Positions 48,300 through 60,567 of a stretch of 63,353 nt of DNA are shown here, piece after piece; position 1 is the first letter of the stretch, and each line of letters opens with the position of its first letter. A program made the translations under genes and the position numbers. Location: positions 18,944,132 to 19,007,484 of the forward strand of contig NC_068981.1 of NCBI RefSeq assembly GCF_001194135.2, in the 5' to 3' direction. Source of the DNA: Octopus bimaculoides. Lineage: Eukaryota. Below the pieces are notes generated by a model that had not been told where the DNA came from, ran no database searches, and saw nothing but the letters and a program-made list of their open reading frames with translations.

Positions 48300-50530
48300 T
48301 TCTCCATGTGCATTGAGACTGGTTTCGAAAATTTGAATACCAGCCTAAATCAGTCGAAGAAGTATTGGAGAACCATAGATATGAATCAGTTGATGTTAAA
48401 AGCTTAGTGATTGGTTGGTCGTATTGATTCAGGGTACATGTATTTGTACTGGTGTTTGCTGAGATGACTCATTAGGTGTCTTCCATTACTCAAATTTTAC
48501 TAGTTGGATGTTAATGACGAGAAAGTGATGACTGACAGAATTGATTTGTGCTGTTGGTTTGTTCAATGCTTATGGCAGATCCTAATCAATTACTGAAAGA
48601 TGCGGTGCCGTTTCAAAATGTTCTTTTGCGTAGACCAACTCTATCTGAACCGTTTACTGTTATTCATATTGGCCGTCTTGTTCTTTGATGACCTGTTCGT
48701 TTCATTCTGGGAGATATGGTCCGAATTGATTTTGAAATGATACATTATCGCCTACAATAAGTGATAAAAGTCTTTTGGTGTGCTCTATTCATCTTTCTGC
48801 ATTTTTCACATGTCGGTTAGAGAGAACCTTCTTATGGACAGTTAGAGCTTCTTACCAAGTGTTACGTGAATGATATTTACCTGCTGGTATCAGAATGAAC
48901 ATTCGTTTTGTTCTACTGTTAACACATTGCTGGTAAGCGCTTAGCATCCATATCCACTGGAGGATAGCATACAGAAATAATCAGTAACGATGTCTCCGTT
49001 TGAATTGTATATTACTGATGTTCAAATATTTGATTGTTTTGACAGCGATTTCAGCTCAACAACTGCGAGAAGCTACAGAAGAGAATCAATGATGTACGCC
49101 CCAGTTTTTCAAACATCATCGCCTTAGACTAGTAGTAAACTTCCAATCTCCATCAGAAACTAATTTATCAGGAATGACAAAAGAAACAATATATGCCGAG
49201 GGCTAGTCATAAGTCCATCTGCATCACTGAAGGCTGTCTCAACAGTTTGAATAACGATCTACGATAATGAGATATTTGACGTCTTTGTGGTGAAAACAGT
49301 CAGCACAGATTCAATGAAATGGGTAAACAAGTGAAATAAATGTTGTTGGAAGCAAATTTGGTTTGAGAGACGCCATATAATTACGATGGTTACATCTGCT
49401 ACAAGTGGCGTTTATAGCAGACATTATTCCTGATCAGAATACATATGTATCTGCTTATAACATCATTAATGTGACATTTTGATTAGTAACGTGTAAAACA
49501 TTAAAAATTGCTTGCTCGAGAGAAGGTATCCGATATCATACTCTACCTACAAAGTATATCAACGACGATTTAGAGGTCATAGCGAAACTATGCTGAAATT
49601 ATAGAATACCATTTTTTGCTGAAGATGGAGTAATACTTTCATTTACTCTGATGAGACGTTCTTTATTACATGTCACAGACGGTAATGGAGCCCAGAAAGA
49701 TGTTGTAGTGGCAATGATGCATCACTGTGTCTGTTAGGATTCCTTGTGATACTTTTCCTTCCAGTATTGATAAAGACGAACAAAGTTTCTTAATTCTGGG
49801 TTGTTAAATATTAACGCCTTCCACAAAATCAATCAATATTGACTCAGATGTTTTTTCTCTCTGTTTTGTGATGCTATCAACGATATATTAACGATGTTTC
49901 TTCAAGATTTCGTAACTAAGGGTGGTTTGTGACATCCTCCATGGATTTTTTTAGGAGTTCACAGCTTTGTCTGGAGACGTCTTCAATTGAAGTATACCGT
50001 AACTCAGCAGAATGTGTAAGTCAGCTGCCAAAACGAGTGGGATTTTTTTTTCTTTCCACTCGGTACGAAGAAAATAAAATGACTCTGAACTATGGCGAAA
50101 ATCCAATTCTTTTCTCTTTTTCTTTAACAATTCTTGGTTAAGTAATTTGGTGCGCTGCGATCAAAAATACTTACACTTTCAATTTCACTCGCAGTAACAC
50201 TTGAATAGTTGTCGATTCTTCGAAGAAAGTGTTGCGGTCATTATTCCAATTTAACGGTGTATCTTTTATCAGTTGTTTTATCAGTTGGCGGAATGGTGAT
50301 ATTATTCAAGAATCAAACTGAATGAAGAAGATACTTCATTAATGTGGCTACGAAATTAATGTGTATGAAATCATAGAAGCAGGAAAATCTGAGATAGTAT
50401 TTTTGTAACGTCTGATACATTAACGTAAGTGGTGCAAAGGTATCGAATCATCAATCCCAGAAGATAGTTCAGCTCCTTACCCACAATTTACATGGCTTAA
50501 GTGTGGCTCATAATGGATTTGTGTCACCAT
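48300..50530 (-). mobile_element. pol: Second, older Gypsy pol remnant (RT end, RNase H, HHCC, integrase DDE, C-terminus)
   Basis: ISPFRQLIK..TPLNW..FFEES; THSAELRYTSIE; LHVTNQNV..VF*SGI..CNHRN; YPFH*ICADCFH..YLIIVDRYSN; LVSDG; NWGVHH*FSSVA; AEIAVKTIK; EHTKRLLSLIVGDNVSFQNQ; NGSDRVGLRKR. Confidence 0.85.
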
Positions 50531-50534
50531 AATT

Positions 50535-50965
50535 GGATTAGTGCGCCCACATCTGGAACGGTGTTACTGTTACATGCACAAGAATGTTGGATTTCATCCT
50601 GAAGCTACTCGGTTGATTGGCATTCTTATACTAACAGACACACTCCGGTAATTCTCTAACCCTCAGGCATATCTCACCTCCCTGTCTTTGTTTAAATGAT
50701 TTTCTATAGTGGCCTCTGCACTTCGGAGCCATCTGGTTTCGTATCTCCAACATTCAGATACGCCGACCCACTCGTCTCTCTACCTTTGGCCATCCTTGTT
50801 GTATCCAACATTAGCGGCTCCGAAGTAACCCCTATAACCAATCCCCTCTCACCAGAACATCGCTCTTCTGAAATTCCCCTGCTCATGTCTTTTCTGTAGG
50901 TGTTGACCTCACAACAATTTAAATAAATCATTAACGACATCAAGCTCACCGGTTTTAGAGGGTCT
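50535..50965 (+). mobile_element. CR1/Jockey-group LINE 3' fragment
   Basis: CAHIWNG..LD; ATRLIG..LTDTL; FYSGLCTSE..VSPTFRYA; PRTSLF*NSPAHVF.VGVD. Confidence 0.7.
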
Positions 50966-50991
50966 ACAGGCAACATCAGTAGTGTCCGTTC

Positions 50992-51041
50992 TGAACCCGG
51001 AACTATGTGGTTCGTAAGCATGCTACTTACCACACAGCCAC
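50992..51041 (-). mobile_element. SINE B head fragment
   Basis: Reverse complement GTGGCTGTGTGGTAAGTAGCATGCTTACGAACCACATAGTTCCGGGTTCAG. Confidence 0.8.
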
Positions 51042-51339
51042 GGTGTATTGTGGGCGTATAACCAATTTTTTGCACAAACTTTACTGGTCTGAAGCGCAGT
51101 TTTTTCATGGCCTCTGAAAAATTACCGTGGATTTCCAGTTTACTACATTGCATACGTGGACCCCCTCCCCTATCAAGTCCTAAATTAACCCTAGTTGAGA
51201 ACCCGTTGTTGAGAACCCCTGGTTTAAATCGTCATCAATGTTTCAATAACCTTGCTTTTTCCTAGGTAGGAGTGATGGTCCAAAGGAAATTCCGTTTTAC
51301 CTCCGGAAGAGCTGGCTCGTATTAGTCTGGCATTTGTCC

Positions 51340-51445
51340 TTTGACCTCTTTGACCTGTCCTGCATAGGAGACCCAACCAGCAGCTTCTGCCTCACTAGCA
51401 TAGGCCTCTGGGTCACTGAGGCACACCAGCCCCCACACTGCAAAC
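51340..51445 (+). mobile_element. RTE-type LINE 5'-end motif (orphan)
   Basis: TTTGACCTGTCC...GACCCAACCAGCAGC...GCATAGGCCTCTGGGTCACTGAGGCACACCAGCCCCC resembles RTE 5' leaders (recalled, not searched). Confidence 0.45.
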
Positions 51446-52006
51446 GGACTGAATCTTGTAAATATCATACACAACATTAAATACGACGCACAATATACAA
51501 TATGCCAAAGTTTACAGCTCTAAATGCCATTTCCAGTCGTTGTTATCATCCCCTAGACAATCAAGGCACTTAAAACAGCATGTTGTTATTTAGCCATGGC
51601 TTAGGATGCCCATGATCAAAAGTGTTCCAACCATGAACATCCCGACTTTTTGTATATTTATGACTATTATATTAAGTGTTGCTCTCATATATGTCTTGAG
51701 TTGAATTTATTTGTTAAGATGTTATATTATTTTGTTAATAACATCGAAATAAAGCGAAACACCAGGGATGTAACTCTAATCAGACTAATAACACTTAGTT
51801 GGTTTCCTTAGTTAGATACTAATATACTAATGAATTTTTATTGTTTTCTTTTCTTATATGATAGCAGTTATAAAGAAATGGAAAAAAAAAACGCACTATA
51901 CGTGTGTGAATATATTTATGTGTAACCGTGTGGGTAAGTCAGTGTGTATGTATATACGTATGTGCATACACACACTTACATACGGATACAAACGTATATA
52001 TAAATA

Positions 52007-52079
<73 letters not shown>

Positions 52080-52107
52080 GCGTTTATATTCAGTTATAAC
52101 AAAAACA

Positions 52108-52679
52108 AATTTTACATTAATCTGATGAGTTACTCTATAATTTTTCAGAGTACAAATTTAATATTCTTGAACAAAAATATTACTGACAGTGAGTTCGAAG
52201 CTTCCGGTAGCTAAGCCATCGTCCGATAATGGCTTAACTGGCTAAAACTTCGAGATCATTGTCAATGGTATTTTTATTTATTTCATTCGTTCTGGGGTTC
52301 GATGATTGCCCCGAACGAGGCTGGTCTTCAAGTGACAAGTGACCATTCCAAAAGCGTGAAAATCACTCGTTAACTTGTGTTTTACTCACGGCAGCATCCT
52401 TGTAAGCTGTTTGAAGCATGACAACTGTTTCGGCTGCCGTTTTCCTCAGCAGAAAACAGAATTTCACGGAAGCCTGTTATTCCTTCGTTTCAGCAATCGA
52501 AAAAATCGACGATCAGGGAAGAAGCACTGGAAAACGTGTCAGTACGACATTAGCGAACGACACCGGTCCGCAGACTGATGCCTGAGGTTTGCATCAAGTT
52601 GCTACTAGTGGAAGAAGCCGGAACTACAACGGGCTTGTCCCATAGAGAACGTTTCCGGTTACTTCTGGGTATCACCTAG

Positions 52680-52729
<50 letters not shown>

Positions 52730-52901
52730 ATGTAATTCTTAAATAAAAATACCATTGACAATGACCTCGAAGTTTCAGCCAGTTAAGCCATTATCGGACG
52801 ATGGCTTAGCTACCGGAAACTTCGAAGTCACTGTCAGTAATATTCTTGTTCAAGAATAATAAATTTTATTATAGAATAACCCATCAGATTAATGTAAAAT
52901 T
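52108..52901. mobile_element. Foldback element with ~165-bp inverted arms
   Basis: Arms at 52108-52280 and 52740-52901 are reverse complements with few substitutions and one ~12-nt indel; both outer ends read AATT. Confidence 0.85.
52282..52682 (-). pseudogene. Mariner 5' half (TIR, leader, transposase HTH N-terminus) inside the foldback
   Basis: TIR-like TACTAGGTGATACCCAGAAGTAACCGGAA next to (TA)n; KE*QASVKFCFLLRKTAAETVVMLQTAYKDAAVSKTQVNE*FSRF.NGHLSLEDQPRSG. Confidence 0.85.
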
Positions 52902-52907
52902 AAATAC

Positions 52908-53282
52908 GTGCACAACATGAAGGATATTGCTCGGACATTCCCATCAAAACGTTTTTCAATTGCAAACAACAGATCTGATGTAATAATTTGGGACTGGAAA
53001 GAAAAGTCATGTACAGTCGTAAAGTTTAGTTTCCCTGCGGATGTGAACATCTGCGAGAAGGAAGATAATTATGGACAGATGCATAGAAACTTGCCACCCC
53101 TTTACCTTGATTGTATTAATGCTAATTATCATTAGTGCATTCGGTTATGTTAATAAATGCCTAAGTCACAACCTGGAGAATCTAGGATTTTCAAGTAAAG
53201 AACAAGACAAGTGAGCACGAACTTTATAGATACTGACTGTAAGTGGAACAATAAAAATATGCAAGACTTTCTTAAAGTTCAA
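52908..53282 (+). mobile_element. REL endonuclease C-terminal fragment of an R4/Dong-like retrotransposon
   Basis: NRSDVIIWD (RPD motif), TVVKFSFPADVNI..EKEDNY, terminal GTIKICKTFLKF. Confidence 0.7.
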
Positions 53283-54223
53283 CCAGCTCTCTTATTCTAG
53301 AAAGAATACTAAGGAATAAAAAGCAAAAAAATACATATATATAATTGAAAAATATAAAACCTTTCTTTTTCTCGATCATACCCTTCTAAAAATTGTTTCT
53401 CATTCCTCTATTTCACTTCTATTTCTCTTTAATTTCCCTACCCATTCTTTTTTTCTCCTTATATTCACTTTCCTGTTCTGTTTACTTTATTACAACTTCA
53501 GAAACAGACAAATGTCTCCGATAAAGACGAAATTTTCTTCTTCCACTATTATATATATATTGATTCGTGAAATTACATTTTTGAATAATTGCTTCAACTT
53601 TGAGTGTAAATAGAAAAGATACAGGTATCTTGTTCTATAAACTGATACAATATAGAATGATTTTTTTTTCAGTAACACATAATTTTCCATAACACGTGAA
53701 ATACATTCTGTGTTTATGAGGGAGTTTTCAGTAAACTTATTGAAGTAACAAAATAGAAGAAAAGAACTCAAAGCGGGGAAAAAATGGTTTTTCTAACATA
53801 AAATTACTGATTTTTGGCCCAGAAGTGTGATTACGACCTGTAATTCCCGTTGAAAATAAAACCCATACAAAATCCCTGGTATTGTGGGTAAACAACAATG
53901 AATAAAGTTTTGTATCAGTTGGTGATGTACACGAATTCGCAATAACATATGACCTTTATTACAATTATATATTCATGTCCAAAAGTCTGAAATGATTTAA
54001 CTGTTATGAGATGTATGTATATATGTCTATGCATATGTGTGTGTGCGTGTACATAGATACACACACATATATATCTATATAAGTATATATATATGTGCAT
54101 AGAGTAGTAAAAATTAAAAAAAGCAGAAAATTCCACAGAAGATTCATAATTGTTTCGTACAGCTGTTTCTATAGATTTAAACAGCATCAGCTATATAATT
54201 ACGTAATCAATATACAAAACTGA

Positions 54224-54620
54224 TAAGGCGGCGAGATGGCAGAAACGTTAGCACGCCGGGCGAAATGATTAGCGGTATTTCGTCTGTCTTTACGTTCTGA
54301 GTTCCGCCAAGATCTACTTTGCCTTTCATCCTTCCGGGGTCGATAAATTAAGTACCAGTTACGCACTGGCGTCGATGTAATCGGCTTAATCCCATTGTCT
54401 GTCCTTGTTTGTCCCCTTTATGTTTAGCCCATTGTGGGTAATAAAGAAATAAGAAACGCTAGCACGCCGGGCGAAATGCTTAGTTGTATTTCGCCTGTCT
54501 TAACGTTCTGAATTCCGTCGAGAACTACTTTGACTTTCATCCTTCCGAGGTGGATAAATTAAGTACCAGTTGCGTACTGGGGTTGATCTAATTTCGGGCC
54601 TTGTGCCTAGAGTAGAAAAT
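54224..54620 (+). mobile_element. Dimeric SINE A (A2 monomer plus headless monomer with variant tail)
   Basis: Monomers at 54224-54453 and 54454-54620; exact 15-bp TSD AATATACAAAACTGA at 54209-54223 and 54621-54635. Confidence 0.9.
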
Positions 54621-55721
54621 AATATACAAAACTGAATTAAATGCGATCGGCTGTCCATATTGTGTGTCTGCTCGTCTTTTGAGTGTATGTGTGAGCGTAT
54701 CTGTGTGTATGGAGAACAGGGTGTAGCGAGGCCATTTCGACTGCCTACATTTAGTTTACTCATGTCTCATGCGTATTTGACAAATTTGGACTCGATGTCA
54801 GTAAAGTTAACCTTTTCATATAAGTACGTGAAAATCTATTCCTTTTTCTCTTTTATCACTCGGCAGACGTCACTTGATAGAGAACAGTTTTGCCCTACTT
54901 CTGATGTTTTATTCTGACAGCAGTCATTTGTCAAGTCTTATTTTACTTGGATTTCAAGTTAGTATCTATTTCGGCATAGCCTCGACAATATTTCAGTCAG
55001 TAAATACGTGTACATTAAACTGACTTTTTCTTCTTTCGATGACCATATATCTCTGTAATACGCTTTATCATACAAATTATTCCATCGGCACAACAACATA
55101 TAAATATCCAAGTACATTTTCCATAACATTTTCTACAACATAAAGTATCTAATTGACTTATTGATATAAGTTTTCACAAATACATTTCTGTAAATTGTAG
55201 TAAATTATATCTAGAATTTTCCATGTTCGAATTCTATATTTAACCTGTATTCTCAAGCCATGTACTGTTGTTTTAGAATGCCAGCAAAATCCATCAAGAT
55301 CTATTTTCTCTGTGTGTAAATAGGAAAAGAAAAGAAAATTACATGCAACCAATTTTCGTTGTTATATTTACGAAAAAAAAGAACCAATGAAATATTCTAT
55401 ACACACACACATACATACATACATACATACATACATACATACATACATACATACATACATACATACATACATACATGTCGAAGTGAAAATCTGGTAAAGC
55501 TAGCATTTTCAAGTAAAGAAAGCTGTTAACAGGCACTTCACAGATAAAAATTAGTTAGAGGATCATAAATGTGCCAGAATTTCCTAAAGTTCAATACGTA
55601 ACAATCATCGACGCAGTAATCCAAATTCCAGCAATGGAACTTCTGCTTCTTGTTTTGAAAATCATCTCCTTTCTTCGAAGGAAAATTCTTATAAACAAAC
55701 AAAGCAAAGCATCCGCATCTT

Positions 55722-55761
<40 letters not shown>

Positions 55762-55768
55762 CCTAGCA

Positions 55769-55808
<40 letters not shown>

Positions 55809-55998
55809 ATCTGTCTGTCTGCCTGTCTGTCTGTCTGTCTGTCTGTCTATCAATCTGTCTGTCTGTCTATCAATCTGTCTGTCTGTCTACCTGCCTGCCT
55901 GTCTGTAGGTCTGTCAATATATATGTATCGTCAGTAAATCATAAATCTGAAAACGAAGCACGTTCTAAGTTAAAGAGCCGAAGAGTATATAAAGATAG

Positions 55999-56172
55999 AT
56001 ATGACCGGTTTATGGGGTTCTCCTAGGTTTCATGTCCATAAAGCGCTTAGCTTTATAGTGTTTCTTCAGATCTTAAACCCGTTGGCCAACGGGTTTAGGT
56101 TTGAAGAAACGGTGTAAAACTAACCGCTCTAATAGACGTGAAACCCAGGGTACCTACATAAACCGGCCATAT
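55999..56172. mobile_element. 174-bp palindromic MITE-like element with no spacer
   Basis: Two 87-nt arms; perfect 24-bp centre TAAACCCGTTGGCCAACGGGTTTA (56074-56097); ends ATATGACCGGTTTATG / CATAAACCGGCCATAT. Confidence 0.8.
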
Positions 56173-58202
56173 TTTCCTTATATATATATATATATATATA
56201 TATATNNNNNNNNNNNNNNNNNNNNNNNNNNNNNNNNNNNNNNNNNNNNNNNNNNNNNNNNNNNNNNNNNNNNNNNNNNNNNNNNNNNNNNNNNNNNNNN
56301 NNNNNNNNNNNNNNNNNNNNNNNNNNNNNNNNNNNNNNNNNNNNNNNNNNNNNNNNNNNNNNNNNNNNNNNNNNNNNNNNNNNNNNNNNNNNNNNNNNNN
56401 NNNNNNNNNNNNNNNNNNNNNNNNNNNNNNNNNNNNNNNNNNNNNNNNNNNNNNNNNNNNNNNNNNNNNNNNNNNNNNNNNNNNNNNNNNNNNNNNNNNN
56501 NNNNNNNNNNNNNNNNNNNNNNNNNNNNNNNNNNNNNNNNNNNNNNNNNNNNNNNNNNNNNNNNNNNNNNNNNNNNNNNNNNNNNNNNNNNNNNNNNNNN
56601 NNNNNNNNNNNNNNNNNNNNNNNNNNNNNNNNNNNNNNNNNNNNNNNNNNNNNNNNNNNNNNNNNNNNNNNNNNNNNNNNNNNNNNNNNNNNNNNNNNNN
56701 NNNNNNNNNNNNNNNNNNNNNNNNNNNNNNNNNNNNNNNNNNNNNNNNNNNNNNNNNNNNNNNNNNNNNNNNNNNNNNNNNNNNNNNNNNNNNNNNNNNN
56801 NNNNNNNNNNNNNNNNNNNNNNNNNNNNNNNNNNNNNNNNNNNNNNNNNNNNNNNNNNNNNNNNNNNNNNNNNNNNNNNNNNNNNNNNNNNNNNNNNNNN
56901 NNNNNNNNNNNNNNNNNNNNNNNNNNNNNNNNNNNNNNNNNNNNNNNNNNNNNNNNNNNNNNNNNNNNNNNNNNNNNNNNNNNNNNATATATATATATAT
57001 ATATAATATACGTATATAGATTGTTAATTTGAACATGCTTTTGGGGTATTTTTCTTCAGAGATATTGTTAAAACACCTTATCAGCGTTACTTCATTTCTT
57101 CTCGTTCTCACTCTCTCACTGTATACACACATGTAAATACAAACACACGCACTCACACACATACGTGCGCGCAATACACACACACTTACACACGCGCGTG
57201 CACACACACACACATATTGTTTCGCCTATAGCTGATCTCTCTTAGTTTTACCAACTCAAGAAGGAATGTTTGCTAAGCCTGGCACATGTTCATTCCTTTT
57301 ACCAGTTGGATTTCAATATCGTAGCTATCCTTGCCTGCTGCTTCCAGATTTTAATCACCTCTAGAGGAAGCTTTACTTGCCGATGATCGAAGTCTTTTGA
57401 CTCACTATATTACAATTGTGAAACCCTATCGTAGTTGATAAATTATGTAGAAATGCTTTATGGCTACTTTTGACTTTTCGCTGCCCCTGTCTTTTTTAGG
57501 GATAGTTTTATTATTGGAAATATTGCTGCTGATCTTAATGATTCATTCGCTTCCTTATTTGAACTAAATTTTTACATGGTTTTCTGTAAAATATTGTCGG
57601 TGAATTTTATGACTCATCTGCAAAACATTGAATCATCGTTTGACTTTTTGAAGTTGGAGGTAATTTATAAAATAGAATTTCTACATGCCATAGATTTCCC
57701 CCATCAAATTATCGTGGTCCGACAACATTTTACGAAGATATATCCGTATGGTTCCTCTGTTACATGACAGTTGTTGGTCCCAAGTGATTTAGACGAATTT
57801 ATATGGCGAGAGTTATTTGGAAAGAACAGATTCGAAGTATCTGACATTTTACACCATATCATATTCCATAACCTCCTAAATAAGTTTTGTTATAAAATCC
57901 TTTGCATGCTGATAAATAACGAAATGTGTGATACTTATGCATTTTATTGATAAAATGAGTGTGTGTGTGTGTGTTTGTTTGTTTGTTTGCTTGCTTGTAA
58001 GTGTTATGTTAGATCGCTTGAGAGTGCCACTAGTAAAATATAGCCTAGTCGAACTTGTTGCATGCTTGGATCGTCAGCGACGATATTGACACTCCCACAA
58101 AGCTTGTTCGGTGACGTGGGTCATTTTGAACACCCTGCAGGATGAAAAGTAAGACTTGCATTGTGCAACATTTTCGTTGTTGCTGGGAATCTTGAGATCA
58201 CG

Positions 58203-58603
58203 TAGGAGTGGCTGTGTGGTAAGTAGCTTGCTTACCAACCACATGGTTCCGGGTTCAGTCCCACTGCGTGGCATCTTGGGCAAGTGTCTTCTACTGTAGC
58301 CTCGGGCCGACCAATGCCTTGTGAGTGGATTTGGTAGACGGAAACTGAAAGAAGTCCGTCGTATATATGTATATATATATGTGTGTGTGTGTTTGTGTGT
58401 CTGTGTTTCCCCCCCCCCCCCACATCGTTTGACAACTGATGCTGGTGTGTTTACGTCCCCGTAACTTAGCGGTTCACCAAAGAGACCGATAGAATAAGTA
58501 CTAGAATTACAAAGAATAAGTCCTGGGGTCGATTTGCTCGACTGAAGGCGGTGCTCCAGCATGGCCACAGTCAATGACTGAAACAAGTAAAAGAGTAAAA
58601 GAG
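58203..58603 (+). mobile_element. tRNA-derived SINE family B, full length
   Basis: A box TGGCTGTGTGG, B box GGTTCAGTCCC, internal (TA)/(TG) microsatellite, GTAAAAGA-repeat tail. Confidence 0.9.
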
Positions 58604-58679
58604 TATATTTTTAATAGTATTTCGTCATCACACAGTCAATGGAGATAAGCAATGATGACACCAGGTAAAAATAGAGATT

Positions 58680-59000
58680 CATTTGGTCCACATTGTACCA
58701 TCTCTTTCTGCACTTTCTCGATAAGTCATCAACCCAAAGTTGGAGCAGCTGCAAATATCACTAACAAGACAATTATTCTATTTTATTATTTCCCGAAAAT
58801 CTCTTCGTTGCTCCAAAGCTCTCACGTACTTCAATCTAATATATGACAAAGTATTATGAGCTTCCTTCTGATGTCCACTAATCACTTCTCTACTTCCTTC
58901 CTAAGTCTAGTATCAGCCATGAAGGTTTACTACATGCACACAGTATCCCACCTACTATGAACCTACTATACGTCGACGACTTTGTGTGTTATAACTTTCT
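58680..59000 (+). mobile_element. Possible decayed LINE RT fragment
   Basis: FPENLFVA and LLYVDDF (YADD-like); otherwise degenerate. Confidence 0.3.
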
Positions 59001-59247
59001 CTGTCATATTCTGAACAGCCACTTCATCTTGCTACTCTGTGAAACACACAATAGGACAGAGATATTACTTATAAATTAGGAGTTGAACATTTCTTACGAA
59101 TCTGCTTGAACATTCTAGGTAATAACAATATTCAGAATTACGCACACACACGCACACACAAATGCGCACATACACGTGTGTGTGAGTATCTGTGATATGC
59201 AACAAAATTAGTTTTAGATTAAAATAGCCATCTGCATATCATATTGG

Positions 59248-59251
<4 letters not shown>

Positions 59252-59318
<67 letters not shown>
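59252..59318. repeat. (GA)n microsatellite
   Basis: Direct observation; abuts a 761-N gap. Confidence 0.95.
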
Positions 59319-60319
59319 NNNNNNNNNNNNNNNNNNNNNNNNNNNNNNNNNNNNNNNNNNNNNNNNNNNNNNNNNNNNNNNNNNNNNNNNNNNNNNNNNN
59401 NNNNNNNNNNNNNNNNNNNNNNNNNNNNNNNNNNNNNNNNNNNNNNNNNNNNNNNNNNNNNNNNNNNNNNNNNNNNNNNNNNNNNNNNNNNNNNNNNNNN
59501 NNNNNNNNNNNNNNNNNNNNNNNNNNNNNNNNNNNNNNNNNNNNNNNNNNNNNNNNNNNNNNNNNNNNNNNNNNNNNNNNNNNNNNNNNNNNNNNNNNNN
59601 NNNNNNNNNNNNNNNNNNNNNNNNNNNNNNNNNNNNNNNNNNNNNNNNNNNNNNNNNNNNNNNNNNNNNNNNNNNNNNNNNNNNNNNNNNNNNNNNNNNN
59701 NNNNNNNNNNNNNNNNNNNNNNNNNNNNNNNNNNNNNNNNNNNNNNNNNNNNNNNNNNNNNNNNNNNNNNNNNNNNNNNNNNNNNNNNNNNNNNNNNNNN
59801 NNNNNNNNNNNNNNNNNNNNNNNNNNNNNNNNNNNNNNNNNNNNNNNNNNNNNNNNNNNNNNNNNNNNNNNNNNNNNNNNNNNNNNNNNNNNNNNNNNNN
59901 NNNNNNNNNNNNNNNNNNNNNNNNNNNNNNNNNNNNNNNNNNNNNNNNNNNNNNNNNNNNNNNNNNNNNNNNNNNNNNNNNNNNNNNNNNNNNNNNNNNN
60001 NNNNNNNNNNNNNNNNNNNNNNNNNNNNNNNNNNNNNNNNNNNNNNNNNNNNNNNNNNNNNNNNNNNNNNNNNNNNNNNGTAGAGAAATTTGAAAACACA
60101 ACACGAAACCGGTTATTTCTCAAAATACAATGTTTATATACCAAAAAGATTTTATAACATTTTTCTAACATTTTCCTGACATAATTTAAATATATACTTT
60201 AACCATGTAACACAAGCCTTCTGTAGTTTTTTCACTCTTATTATCTTTTATACATCCAACCACGTGCTTTCACATACCAACTTTCTCACACATATGTATA
60301 TATATATACATATATATAC

Positions 60320-60363
<44 letters not shown>

Positions 60364-60396
60364 ATACACACACTCACACTCACACACACGTGTACG

Positions 60397-60567
60397 TGCA
60401 GGCATGGCTGCGTGGTAAGAAGCTTGCTTCCCAACCACATGGTCCTAGGTTCAGTCCCGCTGCTTGGCACCTTAAACAAATGTATTCTGCTATAGCGTGG
60501 AGCTGGCTAAAGGCCTGTGAGTGGATTAGGTAGACGGAAACTGAAAGAAGCCCGTTGTATATATACA
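60397..60567 (+). mobile_element. SINE B, 5' half
   Basis: Homologous to 58203-58365; ends in the internal TA tract. Confidence 0.85.

Noticed and set aside
56020-56070. Minus-strand CTGAAGA...GAAAC within the palindrome
   Set aside because: Stem II base mispairs and there is no NUH triplet.
57230-57800. Possible LINE RT-proximal remnant
   Set aside because: Motif similarity too faint to assign.
60100-60116. GAAACCGGTT palindromic stem-III-like motif
   Set aside because: No CTGANGA or stem II in the 25 nt available before the gap.
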